Positions 9,906 through 19,213 of a stretch of 64,000 bases of DNA are shown piece after piece. The stretch is from Thermoplasmata archaeon (GTDB lineage Archaea > Thermoplasmatota > Thermoplasmata > Lutacidiplasmatales > UBA184). The stretch covers positions 3,881 to 67,880 of the forward strand of contig JBOGRS010000002.1 in the NCBI GenBank assembly GCA_050749685.1, written 5' to 3'. The notes under the pieces are model-generated. The model had not been told where the DNA came from, ran no database searches, and was given only the letters and a program-made list of their open reading frames with translations. Made by a program: the position numbers and the translations under genes. Position 1 is the stretch's first letter. Every line of letters starts with the position of its first letter.

Positions 9906-10096
9906 ATCCCAGTGGGTTCTGGGACCTGAAAGTCCGTATATATAATTGTCGAGGGAGCAGAACTCCAGATATTCTGCGTAGAGTGATTATCCAGTCGCAT
10001 GGTGAATTAAGGTTAAGGTTGGTATCGCCGTTTCACGGCTAACTTACACCCAACGAATGGGGTAGGAGTGCTCCCAAACCCACCGAATTGCCCATT

Positions 10097-11293
10097 TCAC
10101 GCACGGGGCGGGAACGGCGGGAGAGGGGGTTCGGGGGGGGCGATCGACGTCGCGATCCCCCGTTCCGCGAGAAATGCGCGGAACGGTCCAAAGGGGACGC
10201 ATCGCTCGGGGGGAACGACCCCGCTACCGCGGATCTCTCCGCGGGCGATCATCTCGGCACCGATCGCACCCCCGACGCCGACGGCATACTCGGTCGCCGA
10301 CAGCCCCCACTCGGTCTTGGGCGGAAAGCGTGCGGTAGCGTGCCGCACGACGGGGACACCGTTCCGGGTCCCCCGGACCTCGAGGTCACAGACTTCCCAG
10401 TCGTCGATCGCGACGCCGTCCGGCACCCCGAGGAGGTTCTCGCGTCGTAGCAGGGCAAGGAGGAACTCGCGGGGCACGACCGGATGGCCCCGTACCTCGA
10501 CCGGGACGCTCCCGCCGAGCCCCAGCTGGGACATCGTCCGCAGAAGGTCGATCCCCGGCCCGCCTTCCTTCCACTCGCAGTGCTTCAACCCCTTCGCCTT
10601 CAGGCTCTCGGGCAGCGTGGCGGCCTCCGAGTGGAGGGTACGGTAGACCTGGGTCGGTCCGACCGGCGGGGCGAACGGGAAGGACTCCGCCCCGCTCATC
10701 GGCGGGTGCTCCCGGTAGGCCCCTCCCTCCCACACGACGGCATTCATCTGCATCTCGTCGAGGAAGGTGCTGGGCGACCACGTGAAGAGGATCTCGGGGC
10801 CGTTGCGGGTGAGGTCCCTCCACCCGTCGCGGATGACGATCGACTCCACCGTGTCGAGGTCGTCGGTCGCGGCCATCGCGAGCACGTTCGAGACCCCGGG
10901 GACCTGCCCCAGTCCGGGGATGGCGAGGAGCTTCTTCGCGCGGAACCTCTCGTCCCAGGCGAGCTGGCGCCGGGTCATATGGAAGAGCCCTCCAAAATCG
11001 AGGTAGGGGACCTCGGCGGCGAGGCACGCCTCCATGACCTCGAGGTGGAACGTGTACTGGACGGCGTTCACGCAGACGCTCGCGCCGTCGAGCGTACGCG
11101 CGAGCGCGTCCGGGTCGCGGACGTCCACGGATTGGGCCGTGACGCGGTCGCTTTGGGTCGCCCGGGCCGCCGCCTCGGCAAGTCCGAGGTCAAGGTCCGC
11201 GACGCGGACCCGGTCGAACACCCCGCCGCGCGCGAGCTCGCGCACCGCGCAACGGCCCGTCAATCCGCCCCCACCGAGCACCACCGCGTGCAA
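10097..11293 (-). CDS. saccharopine dehydrogenase-like NAD(P)-binding protein
   Basis: Rossmann motif HAVVLGGGGLTG at the N-terminus when started from TTG 11293. The maximal ORF reaches 11401 but adds 36 aa of Gly/Arg-rich sequence. The start is uncertain. Confidence 0.55.
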   Translation of the reverse strand: MHAVVLGGGGLTGRCAVRELARGGVFDRVRVADLDLGLAEAAARATQSDRVTAQSVDVRDPDALARTLDGASVCVNAVQYTFHLEVMEACLAAEVPYLDFGGLFHMTRRQLAWDERFRAKKLLAIPGLGQVPGVSNVLAMAATDDLDTVESIVIRDGWRDLTRNGPEILFTWSPSTFLDEMQMNAVVWEGGAYREHPPMSGAESFPFAPPVGPTQVYRTLHSEAATLPESLKAKGLKHCEWKEGGPGIDLLRTMSQLGLGGSVPVEVRGHPVVPREFLLALLRRENLLGVPDGVAIDDWEVCDLEVRGTRNGVPVVRHATARFPPKTEWGLSATEYAVGVGGAIGAEMIARGEIRGSGVVPPERCVPFGPFRAFLAERGIATSIAPPEPPLPPFPPRA

Positions 11294-11386
11294 TCGGACC
11301 CCGCCTCGCCCACCCTCTCCGGCTAGGAAACCCTTTGGTCGGCGGATGCCCGAACCGATATCCGACCCCAACCCCATCGGCGGACC

Positions 11387-11866
11387 GTGCGCTTCCCCCA
11401 CCTACGGCTCGAACTCTCCCTTCTCCGCCAGGGCATTTCGGTGGGCTGGGAGTTCGGGGCCCGTTCGCTCGAGGAGCTCGCCGCCGTGGGCGAGTTCCTG
11501 GAGCACTGCGTCTACGAGCCCGGCTCCCTCCATCGTATCCCGGAGGGTGTGTCCTTCACGTTGAGGAACCCGCCGCTTCGCATGGGGGCCTTCTCGGGGA
11601 TCCGGCTCCTGTGGGACGGAGCCGCGGTGCCCTCCCGAGAGGCCGAGCTTCGGATGGAGGGGGAGGAGGTCGGCCGCCGACTCGACCGGATCGATGCGGA
11701 CCGCCCGGCCACGTTCACGTTCGGTCGCCGCACGGAGTTCCGCATCCGCCTCGACCGGCCCGCGGCCGGAGACCACCACGTTCGGCTCGAGCTGCAGAGC
11801 GTCGCGATCCCGCCGTTGGTCTGGTTCGAGTTCACCGAGCCGCTGGGGGAGGGGAAGGGGCGGTGA
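11387..11866 (+). CDS. hypothetical protein, translationally coupled to the downstream glycosidase
   Basis: ATG start and GC-rich third codon positions throughout. Its TGA overlaps the GTG of the next gene (GTGA at 11863-11866). No family recognised. Confidence 0.45.
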   Translation: MRFPHLRLELSLLRQGISVGWEFGARSLEELAAVGEFLEHCVYEPGSLHRIPEGVSFTLRNPPLRMGAFSGIRLLWDGAAVPSREAELRMEGEEVGRRLDRIDADRPATFTFGRRTEFRIRLDRPAAGDHHVRLELQSVAIPPLVWFEFTEPLGEGKGR

Positions 11867-14061
11867 CCGACGACGTTGAGCCACCTCTCCTCGAGCTCGA
11901 GCGGTCCGACCCCCGCCAACCGATCCTGGTGACCGGACTGGCCGCCGCTGCCGTCCTGTCGGGGAGCAGCGAGGTCGCACTCTCCCGAGAGACACGCGGG
12001 GCCGAACTCGAATGGGGTGGGGTGTACGCCCAAGGGATCCGGTTGACCGGGCCCTGGACGGTTCGCCTCGCGGCCGGAGGGCGGGCCTCCACGCTTCCCG
12101 AGACGCTCCATCACCTCGCCGCCTACCGATGGGGGGTCGGGAGCGAACACGCCACCGGATCCATCGGGTGGCGGCAGGAGATCGTCCCGTTCGAGCACGC
12201 CCCGGGCGTCGTCCGTCGCCTGATCTTTGCCCCAGCGGCCCGGTTCTCGATCACCCTCACGACGCGGTTCGAGCCGTTCCTCGCGCCGGTGCTGATGGAG
12301 GGGATCAAGCCGTACGCCTACCACCTCGAGGGCACGGGGACGAGCATCGAGTTCCGTTCCCACGGCTTCGGCGCGACGCTCGACGCGGATCCTCCCGCCC
12401 AGCGCATGGCGGTCGATGGACGACCCTGGGACGGCGACCCCCTCCAGGGCGAGGTTCGGGAGGTGCGGACCGAGCACGACCTCACCGTGGACGAGCGCGG
12501 CGCGGTGATCACGTGGGTGATGCGCGGCGGTCTCGAGCGTTCGTTCCGCGACGTCGCCGCGGCCACCGTCCTCGGAGCCCGGGAGGATCTCACCTCCCGC
12601 GCTCGCGTTTGGCAGGAGTGGCGCGCCGGCACTCCCGAGATGCGCCTGCCCGACGACCCCGTTCTGGAGTCGGGTTATCGCCTCGCTCGTAGCGCCCTCC
12701 GCAGCCTCTACACCTCGCCGGACGCCGAGCTCACGGGGCTCGTCGCCGGGTACCCGTGGTACTCGGCCGTGTGGTGCCGCGACCTCGCCTGGATGCTCCC
12801 GGCGGTCGCATGGCTGGGCGACCATGCATGGGCCGAGAGAGCGATCCGTTCGGTATTCCGCTTCCAGGCGCGCGCCGCGATCCCGATCCTTGCCGCGGAG
12901 GCGGGCGAGCTTCCGATGCAGATCTCCCCCGGTCCGATCTTCCTGTACGGAACCTCGGACACGACGCTCTACTATCCCGCCCTCCTGCGACAGGTCGCGG
13001 ACCATGCCGGCCGGACCGACCTCCTCCGCGACCTCGCGCCCGAGCTGGAACGGATCGCGGCGTGGGCCCATGCGCGGACCCTCGCTCCGTCCGGTCTCTT
13101 CCGCAACGGTGGGGAGATCGCCGAGGTCCGCGCCGCCACGTCCGGCCTCAGCCGGATCGACTATGGGTTCGAGGCCGTCGATACGACGATCTGGGATTCG
13201 ACCGACCGTCGTGACCACGCGATCGACCTCCAGGTCCTCTATCGGTCGGCGTTGGGAGCGCTCGCGGACCTCGCGTCGCGGCGCGGGGAGGAGGCGACCG
13301 CGCAGAGGTATCGGGCCGAAGGCGAGGCGCTGGCGCACGCCGTCGCGGAACGCTACTGGTGGCCGGAGGAGGGCTATCTCTACGATTCGCTCACGTCGGA
13401 TGGAACCCCGGTCGCGAAGGTGCGTCCGAACGCGCTGAGGGCCGTGGCCGCCGGACTGCTGGCTCCGGAGCGGGCCCGGACCGTCCTCGATCGTGCCCTC
13501 CAGGACGACCTCGCGACGCCGTGGGGACTTCGGACGCTCTCCCGCCGCGACCCCGGGTACCGGCCGACGGCGTACCATGACGGCGAGGTCTGGCCGATCG
13601 CGACCGCCTGGGCGGCCGAGGCCGCCTACGCGCTGGGCGATGCCGTCCGAGGGGGGGAGATCCTCCGGGGGTGCGCGGAGCGGATCGTCGCCGAGCACGG
13701 CCTCGCGAACGAATGCTACCGCGGCGACCGCCCCGAAGCGTACGACTCCTGCTTCCTCCTGGGGTTCAGCGTCGCGCCGTTCCTCACGACGCTCTTCGAG
13801 GGCCTCTGGGGACTTCGAATCGGGCCGCAGGCGAAGGAGATCGCCATCGATCCTCACTTTCCGCCATCCTGGACGCGTGCGAGCGTCCGTGGGCTCCGGG
13901 TCGGCCCGGGCGTGGTGGACGTGGAGCTCGTCGACGATCACCTTAGCGTGCGCTGGTCCGGGCCCTCGACGCTCGGAGTTCGGTCGGGCGCCGCTTCCAT
14001 GGTGCTGGGGCCCTCCGATCGCTGCGCGATCGCCGGCCCGTTCCCCTCGAAGGGATTTTAA
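11863..14061 (+). CDS. amylo-alpha-1,6-glucosidase / glycogen debranching enzyme-like six-hairpin glycosidase (GDE_C family)
   Basis: GYPWYSAVWCRDLAWM and the following alpha/alpha-toroid-like region match the GDE_C family. GTG start at 11863. The 908-aa maximal ORF starting at 11335 is rejected as upstream read-through. Confidence 0.65.
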   Translation: MTDDVEPPLLELERSDPRQPILVTGLAAAAVLSGSSEVALSRETRGAELEWGGVYAQGIRLTGPWTVRLAAGGRASTLPETLHHLAAYRWGVGSEHATGSIGWRQEIVPFEHAPGVVRRLIFAPAARFSITLTTRFEPFLAPVLMEGIKPYAYHLEGTGTSIEFRSHGFGATLDADPPAQRMAVDGRPWDGDPLQGEVREVRTEHDLTVDERGAVITWVMRGGLERSFRDVAAATVLGAREDLTSRARVWQEWRAGTPEMRLPDDPVLESGYRLARSALRSLYTSPDAELTGLVAGYPWYSAVWCRDLAWMLPAVAWLGDHAWAERAIRSVFRFQARAAIPILAAEAGELPMQISPGPIFLYGTSDTTLYYPALLRQVADHAGRTDLLRDLAPELERIAAWAHARTLAPSGLFRNGGEIAEVRAATSGLSRIDYGFEAVDTTIWDSTDRRDHAIDLQVLYRSALGALADLASRRGEEATAQRYRAEGEALAHAVAERYWWPEEGYLYDSLTSDGTPVAKVRPNALRAVAAGLLAPERARTVLDRALQDDLATPWGLRTLSRRDPGYRPTAYHDGEVWPIATAWAAEAAYALGDAVRGGEILRGCAERIVAEHGLANECYRGDRPEAYDSCFLLGFSVAPFLTTLFEGLWGLRIGPQAKEIAIDPHFPPSWTRASVRGLRVGPGVVDVELVDDHLSVRWSGPSTLGVRSGAASMVLGPSDRCAIAGPFPSKGF

Positions 14062-14084
14062 GGGCCGGAAGGTCGCACCGCCGT

Positions 14085-15017
14085 ATGGCGACGGCCGTCC
14101 ACGTCGAGGGGCTCCGGAAGACGTACGGCGCCCTCGCCGCGGTCGATGGGATCGACTTCACGGTCCCGGAAGGGCAGGTCTTCGCGTTCCTCGGACCGAA
14201 CGGCGCGGGGAAGACGACCACCGTCGAGATCCTCGAGGGACTGCGTCGCCTCACCTCGGGGAGCGTCGAGGTGCTCGGTCTCGACCCGTGGACCCAGGCG
14301 GCGCAGCTCCACCAGGCGATCGGCGTGATCCCCCAGGACTTCCGGTTCTTCGAGAAGATCACCCCCGCCGAGGCGATCGCGTACTACGGGGTCCTCTTCG
14401 GAACGTCGCCGGACCCGACGGAGTTCCTGCGGCGGGTGGACCTCCTCGACAAGGCGAGGGCGCACTTCGACACGCTCTCGGGGGGCCAGAAGCAGAAGCT
14501 CGGGCTCGCGCTCTCGCTCGTCAACAACCCGCGGATCTGCTTCCTCGACGAACCGACGACCGGCCTCGACCCGCAGGCACGGCGCGGGATCTGGGAGGTC
14601 ATCCGCCAGCTTCGCTCCGAAGGGCGCACCGTCTTCCTCACCACCCACTACCTCGAAGAGGCGGAGCTCCTCGCCGACCAGGTGGCGATCATCCATCGCG
14701 GCAAGATCATCGCTCGCGGCACCCCGGCCGAGATCATCGCCGCGCACGGCCGCCCCGACCGCCTCGCCGTCCAGGGTCCGCCGGAGCTCGCCGCCTACCT
14801 GCGCTCCCACCTTCCCCTCGCCGTCGCGAGCGACCACGGCCGGATCGAAGTGCAGATGCGGGAGAGCCGGGACGCGCTCAAGGTGCTCACCCAGATCGAC
14901 GCGTCCGGGCTTCCGTGGCGTGGGTTCACGACCGTCTCCGACACGCTCGAGGACGTCTTCGTGACGATGGTGGGCCAGATGGACGACGGGACGCTCAAGT
15001 CGGAGGCCCTCCCGTGA
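14085..15017 (+). CDS. ABC-2 type transporter ATP-binding protein
   Basis: GPNGAGKTT Walker A, LSGGQKQKL signature, FLDEPTTGLD Walker B. Confidence 0.9.
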   Translation: MATAVHVEGLRKTYGALAAVDGIDFTVPEGQVFAFLGPNGAGKTTTVEILEGLRRLTSGSVEVLGLDPWTQAAQLHQAIGVIPQDFRFFEKITPAEAIAYYGVLFGTSPDPTEFLRRVDLLDKARAHFDTLSGGQKQKLGLALSLVNNPRICFLDEPTTGLDPQARRGIWEVIRQLRSEGRTVFLTTHYLEEAELLADQVAIIHRGKIIARGTPAEIIAAHGRPDRLAVQGPPELAAYLRSHLPLAVASDHGRIEVQMRESRDALKVLTQIDASGLPWRGFTTVSDTLEDVFVTMVGQMDDGTLKSEALP

Positions 15018-16111
15018 ACGGCCGGCGGATCTGGGCCGACTTCCTCGTCTTCTCCCGCGGGTACTTCCGCAACATCGCCGCGCTCTTCTTCTCCTTGTTC
15101 TTCCCGATCATCCTCATCGTCCTGTTCGGCCTCATCTTCTCGAACTCCGGGAACACGACGCCCACGATCTACGCCGAGAACATGGATCATGGCTCGAACG
15201 TGAGCAGTCACTTCCTCGACGCCCTCAACAAGACGGGCGCGATCCGGGTCGACGTCGTCGCGCCGGGAGAGAACTTCTCGCAGTGGCTCGTCGCGAACGG
15301 ACACACCGTCGGTCTCGTCATCCCGGCCGGGTTCCAGTCGAGCTATCTCAACGGCACCCCGATCGCGGTCACCGCGTTCGTCGACCCGCAGGACCCGGGC
15401 GGCTCGGGGCTCCTGCTCGGCGCCCTCCAGGGGGTAGGGTCGCAGTTCAACCTTCAGGCCGCCGGGGGCCACACGATCATCTACACCTCCACGGAGAACG
15501 TCGGGAGTTCCGTCTACACGTACATCGACTACCTCGTCCCGGGGCTCATCGGGTTCTCGATCCTCACGAGCCCGATGTTCTCGATGGTCGATATCAGCTC
15601 TAACTACCGCAAGGAACACCTCTTCCGCCAGCTCTCGCTCACCCCCCTCACCCGCGGCGAGTGGCTCACGTCCAAGATCGTCTGGTTCGTCGTCCTCTCG
15701 TTCGTCTCCGCCGTCATCATGCTCGGCGTCGGCGTCGGCGCGTTCGGAGCCCACCTGACCCTCGACTGGCAGATGCTGCCGTTCCTCGTGGCCGGACCGT
15801 TCTTCTTCGTTTCCCTGGGCATGCTCGCCGGCTCCGTCGCGCGGACCCCCGAGAGTGCGGCGATCATCGGGAACGTGATCACCTTCCCGATGATGTTCCT
15901 CGCCGGGACCTTCTTCCCGGTGTCGAATTTCCCGACGTTCCTTCAGGTCTTCGCGCACATCCTTCCGCTCTACTACATCATCGACGGGATGAACCAGGTG
16001 ATGCTCTTCGGCAACTTCGCACGCGCCGGCGTCGACCTCGCGATCATCGCGGTCGCGGGCGTGATCGTCTTCCTCGCGGCGATCACCGTGTTCAAGTGGC
16101 GGGACGAGTGA
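15014..16111 (+). CDS. ABC-2 family transporter permease
   Basis: GTG at 15014 overlaps the ATPase stop (GTGA). Six hydrophobic segments in an ABC-2 topology. Confidence 0.8.
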   Translation: MNGRRIWADFLVFSRGYFRNIAALFFSLFFPIILIVLFGLIFSNSGNTTPTIYAENMDHGSNVSSHFLDALNKTGAIRVDVVAPGENFSQWLVANGHTVGLVIPAGFQSSYLNGTPIAVTAFVDPQDPGGSGLLLGALQGVGSQFNLQAAGGHTIIYTSTENVGSSVYTYIDYLVPGLIGFSILTSPMFSMVDISSNYRKEHLFRQLSLTPLTRGEWLTSKIVWFVVLSFVSAVIMLGVGVGAFGAHLTLDWQMLPFLVAGPFFFVSLGMLAGSVARTPESAAIIGNVITFPMMFLAGTFFPVSNFPTFLQVFAHILPLYYIIDGMNQVMLFGNFARAGVDLAIIAVAGVIVFLAAITVFKWRDE

Positions 16112-16159
16112 CCTTCCGAGCGAACCGTTAAGTCCGGGGTCGGGGCCTACGGGAGGATC

Positions 16160-16702
16160 ATGACCGAGGCGGCGTCCCGGTTCCGCGAGATGATGGCGCG
16201 CTGGCCGACGGGCGTATCGGTCGTGACCGCCCACGGACCCGAAGGCGACGCGGGGCTCACGGTCAACGCCTTCCTCTCGGTCGCCCTCCGGCCGCCCCTC
16301 GTCCTCATCGCGCTCACGGCCGACGCCGACACGACGCCGGTGATCCGGCGCGCGCGCGCGTTCGTCGTCAACGTCCTCGCGCACGACCAAAAATCGCTCT
16401 CCGAACGTTTCGCGCTCACCCTACCCCCCCCGGAGAAGTTCCGAGGCCTCCTGTTCTCGCGCAACGCCGATGGGGTCGCCCTTCTCGAGGGGACGACGGT
16501 CGCCTTCTCCTGCCACGTGGTCGAGGAGCGCGCGGCCGCGGACCATATCCTCTTCCTGGGCGAGGTCGTCGCGATCGACGCGGGACGCGACGTGGCCCCG
16601 CTCGTCTTCTTCCACAGCGACTATGCCCGGCCGGTCGGCGGCGGCCACCTGAGCCTCCCTCCGCCGAAGGGGGGGCCGCCGGCGGCCCCGCCATCCTCAT
16701 AA
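16160..16702 (+). CDS. flavin reductase-like FMN-binding domain protein
   Basis: WPTGVSVVTA...GLTVNAF region is typical of the flavin reductase / HpaC family. TAA stop. Confidence 0.8.
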   Translation: MTEAASRFREMMARWPTGVSVVTAHGPEGDAGLTVNAFLSVALRPPLVLIALTADADTTPVIRRARAFVVNVLAHDQKSLSERFALTLPPPEKFRGLLFSRNADGVALLEGTTVAFSCHVVEERAAADHILFLGEVVAIDAGRDVAPLVFFHSDYARPVGGGHLSLPPPKGGPPAAPPSS

Positions 16703-16725
16703 CTTCGTTCCGGCCCTACCCGGTC

Positions 16726-17688
16726 GTGACGGAGGCGGCTGTGCCCCGCGCCGTTCGGGTCGCGATCATCGGGAGCGGACCGGCCGGCCTGACCGCCGCC
16801 CTCTACGCCGCGCGCGCGAACCTCACCCCCCTCGTGATCGCGGGCGTGCCCTCGGGGGGCCAATTGATGCTCACGACGGACGTCGAGAACTTCCCCGGCT
16901 TTCCCGAAGGAATCCAGGGACCCGAGCTCGTCGAGAAGATGCGCGCCCAGGCCCAGCGCTTCGGGACCCAGTTCCTCGACGCGAACGTGACGCGCGTCGA
17001 CTTCACCCGCCGCCCGTTCGTTCTCGAGGCCGGTCGGGAGGCGACGATCGTCGCCGACACCGTGATCATCGCGACCGGGGCGAACGCCCGCTGGCTCGAC
17101 CTGCCGTCGGAGCAGAAGCTGCGCGGCCGCGGCGTGAGCGCGTGCGCCACATGCGATGGGTTCTTCTTCAAGGGCAAGGAGATCGCGTGCATCGGCGGGG
17201 GCGATTCGGCGATGGAGGAGGCGACCTTCCTCACGAAGTTCGCGACACACGTGACGATCATCCACCGTCGCGCTGAGTTCCGCGCGAGCCCGATCATGCT
17301 CGATCGGGCCCGCGCCAACCCGAAGATCTCCTTCCTCACCGACACCGAGGTCGTCGAGGTCCTCGGTGACACGACGGTCGAGGGACTGAGGCTGCGCCAC
17401 CGCCCGTCCGGGCGGGTGAGCCAGATGAAGGTCGGCGGACTCTTCCTCGCGATCGGCCACGATCCGGCGACCGAGGCCCTGCGGGGCGCCGTCGAGCTCG
17501 ACCCGAAGGGGTTCGTGCGGACCCACGAGATCACGCGGACAAGCGTCGACGGGGTCTTCGCGGCCGGCGACGTCTACGACCACCGCTACCGCCAGGCGAT
17601 CACGGCCGCGGGGTTGGGATGCATGGCCGCGATCGACGCGGAACGGTGGCTCGAGGCCCGCGTTCCGGCCGCTCCCACCCCTCGATAG
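16726..17688 (+). CDS. trxB: thioredoxin-disulfide reductase
   Basis: GSGPAG FAD motif, redox-active CATCDG, and the second dinucleotide motif GGGDSAMEEA. Confidence 0.9.
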   Translation: MTEAAVPRAVRVAIIGSGPAGLTAALYAARANLTPLVIAGVPSGGQLMLTTDVENFPGFPEGIQGPELVEKMRAQAQRFGTQFLDANVTRVDFTRRPFVLEAGREATIVADTVIIATGANARWLDLPSEQKLRGRGVSACATCDGFFFKGKEIACIGGGDSAMEEATFLTKFATHVTIIHRRAEFRASPIMLDRARANPKISFLTDTEVVEVLGDTTVEGLRLRHRPSGRVSQMKVGGLFLAIGHDPATEALRGAVELDPKGFVRTHEITRTSVDGVFAAGDVYDHRYRQAITAAGLGCMAAIDAERWLEARVPAAPTPR

Positions 17689-17710
17689 ACGTACCTCCTC
17701 GGCGGGCCGA

Positions 17711-17726
17711 CGCAAGGCTTTAAATG
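17711..17726 (+). promoter_or_regulatory. archaeal BRE/TATA promoter for the ferredoxin-GGR unit
   Basis: cgcaaggCTTTAAATgcc lies about 35 nt upstream of the ferredoxin GTG. It is an AT-rich island in GC-rich sequence. Confidence 0.5.
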
Positions 17727-17759
17727 CCTCCGCTTGGGTGACAACGCGAGCGATCGACC

Positions 17760-17951
17760 GTGCCGAGCAAGAAGACGCTGCACATCGAGTCCTCGGGGCA
17801 GCTGTGCGTCTACTGCGGGGCCTGCGTCGGGGTCTGCCCCCTCAACTGCATCTACCTGGACGAGACCCGGATCACGTTCGACGAGCGCGTCTGCACGCGG
17901 TGCGAGATCTGCGTGAAGGCCTGCCCCGTCGGCGCCATCGAGATCGGCTAG
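17760..17951 (+). CDS. 2x[4Fe-4S] ferredoxin
   Basis: Two CxxCxxCxxxCP motifs (CVYCGACVGVCP, CTRCEICVKACP). GTG start. Confidence 0.8.
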   Translation: MPSKKTLHIESSGQLCVYCGACVGVCPLNCIYLDETRITFDERVCTRCEICVKACPVGAIEIG

Positions 17952-17999
17952 GCGGGGGCGACCGGGCCGATCTCCGGGACCAACGGAAGGGGAAGGAAG

Positions 18000-19190
18000 A
18001 TGGCCAGCGACCTCACGACGGACGTCCTCATCGTCGGCGCCGGGCCGAGCGGGAGCATGACCGCGAAGTGGGCGGCGAAGAACGGTGCGCGCGTCCTCAT
18101 GATCGAGAAACGGCAGGAGATCGGTAGCCCCGTGCGCTGCGGCGAGGGGATGAGCAAGTCGTGGCTCGAGGAGGTCGGGATCAAGCCCGGCCGATGGATC
18201 AACTGCGAGGTCGAGGGGGCGCGGATCTTCTCCCCCAGCGAACGAGTCCTCGAGATCAACGAGAAGCACGCCGGTAACGAGGTCGGTTACGTCGTCGAGC
18301 GCGACGAGTTCGATAAGCAGCTCGCGATCGACGCCGGCAACGCGGGTGCGGACGTGATGCTCAAGACGGCGGCGACGGCGGTCCTCAAGGAGAACGGTCG
18401 GGTCGTCGGAGTGAAGGCGAAGACGTTCGGCGAGCCGTTCGAGATCCGCGCGAAGGTGACGATCGCCGCGGACGGGTTCGAATCGCAGGTCGGCCGATGG
18501 GCCGGACTCCCGACGAACCTCGCCCTCCGCGACATGGACTCGTGCCTGCAGTACCGCATGACCAACGTCGACTCCGACGTGCGCTACTGCGACTTCTACC
18601 TCGGCAAGGTCGCGCCGGGGGGCTACGTCTGGATCTTCCCGAAGGCGGAGGGCCTCGCGAACGTCGGGATCGGTGTCCAGCTCTCCCAGATCAAGTCCCC
18701 CGCCGAGGCGAAGACCTACCTCGACCGGTGGATCGCCCACCACCCCGCGTACGCGAAGGGGAAGAAGATCGACATGGTCGGCGGCGGGGTCTCGATCTCG
18801 AAGCCCGTCGCGCAGACCGTCACGGACGGTTTCATGATCGTCGGCGACGCCGCGAGGATGATCGACCCCCTCACGGGCGGAGGCATCGCGAACGGCTGCA
18901 TCGCGGGGAAGATCTGCGGGGAGGTCGCGGCGAAGGCGGCGATCGCCGGGACGCCCACGAAGGACGTCCTCATGGAGTACGATAAGGCGTGGCGCGCCAA
19001 GCTCGAGGAGAAGCTCTACCGCAACTGGTTCGCGAAGGAGAAGCTCTGCTCGCTCTCTGACGCGACGTTCGACAAGGTGATCGAGGCGCTCGAGGGGGTC
19101 AAGCTCGAGAAGCTCTCGGTCCACAACATCTTGAAGGCCGTTCGGGACAAGTATCCCGAAGTCACCAAGGAGTTCGAGGCGTTCCTCTAG
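18000..19190 (+). CDS. geranylgeranyl reductase family / digeranylgeranylglycerophospholipid reductase
   Basis: VLIVGAGPSGS FAD motif, the conserved RCGEG region and the C-terminal GGR fold. The adjacent ferredoxin matches known ferredoxin-dependent archaeal GGRs. Confidence 0.9.
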   Translation: MASDLTTDVLIVGAGPSGSMTAKWAAKNGARVLMIEKRQEIGSPVRCGEGMSKSWLEEVGIKPGRWINCEVEGARIFSPSERVLEINEKHAGNEVGYVVERDEFDKQLAIDAGNAGADVMLKTAATAVLKENGRVVGVKAKTFGEPFEIRAKVTIAADGFESQVGRWAGLPTNLALRDMDSCLQYRMTNVDSDVRYCDFYLGKVAPGGYVWIFPKAEGLANVGIGVQLSQIKSPAEAKTYLDRWIAHHPAYAKGKKIDMVGGGVSISKPVAQTVTDGFMIVGDAARMIDPLTGGGIANGCIAGKICGEVAAKAAIAGTPTKDVLMEYDKAWRAKLEEKLYRNWFAKEKLCSLSDATFDKVIEALEGVKLEKLSVHNILKAVRDKYPEVTKEFEAFL

Positions 19191-19213
19191 GGGACGTCGG
19201 GAGTAGTTCGCCC

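Noticed and set aside
9925-9940. CTGAAAGTCCG string resembling the RNase P RNA P4 core (GAAAGUCCGGGC).
   Set aside because: It is followed by TATATATA rather than GGGC, and no other RNase P conserved regions surround it. It is most likely chance similarity inside a promoter.
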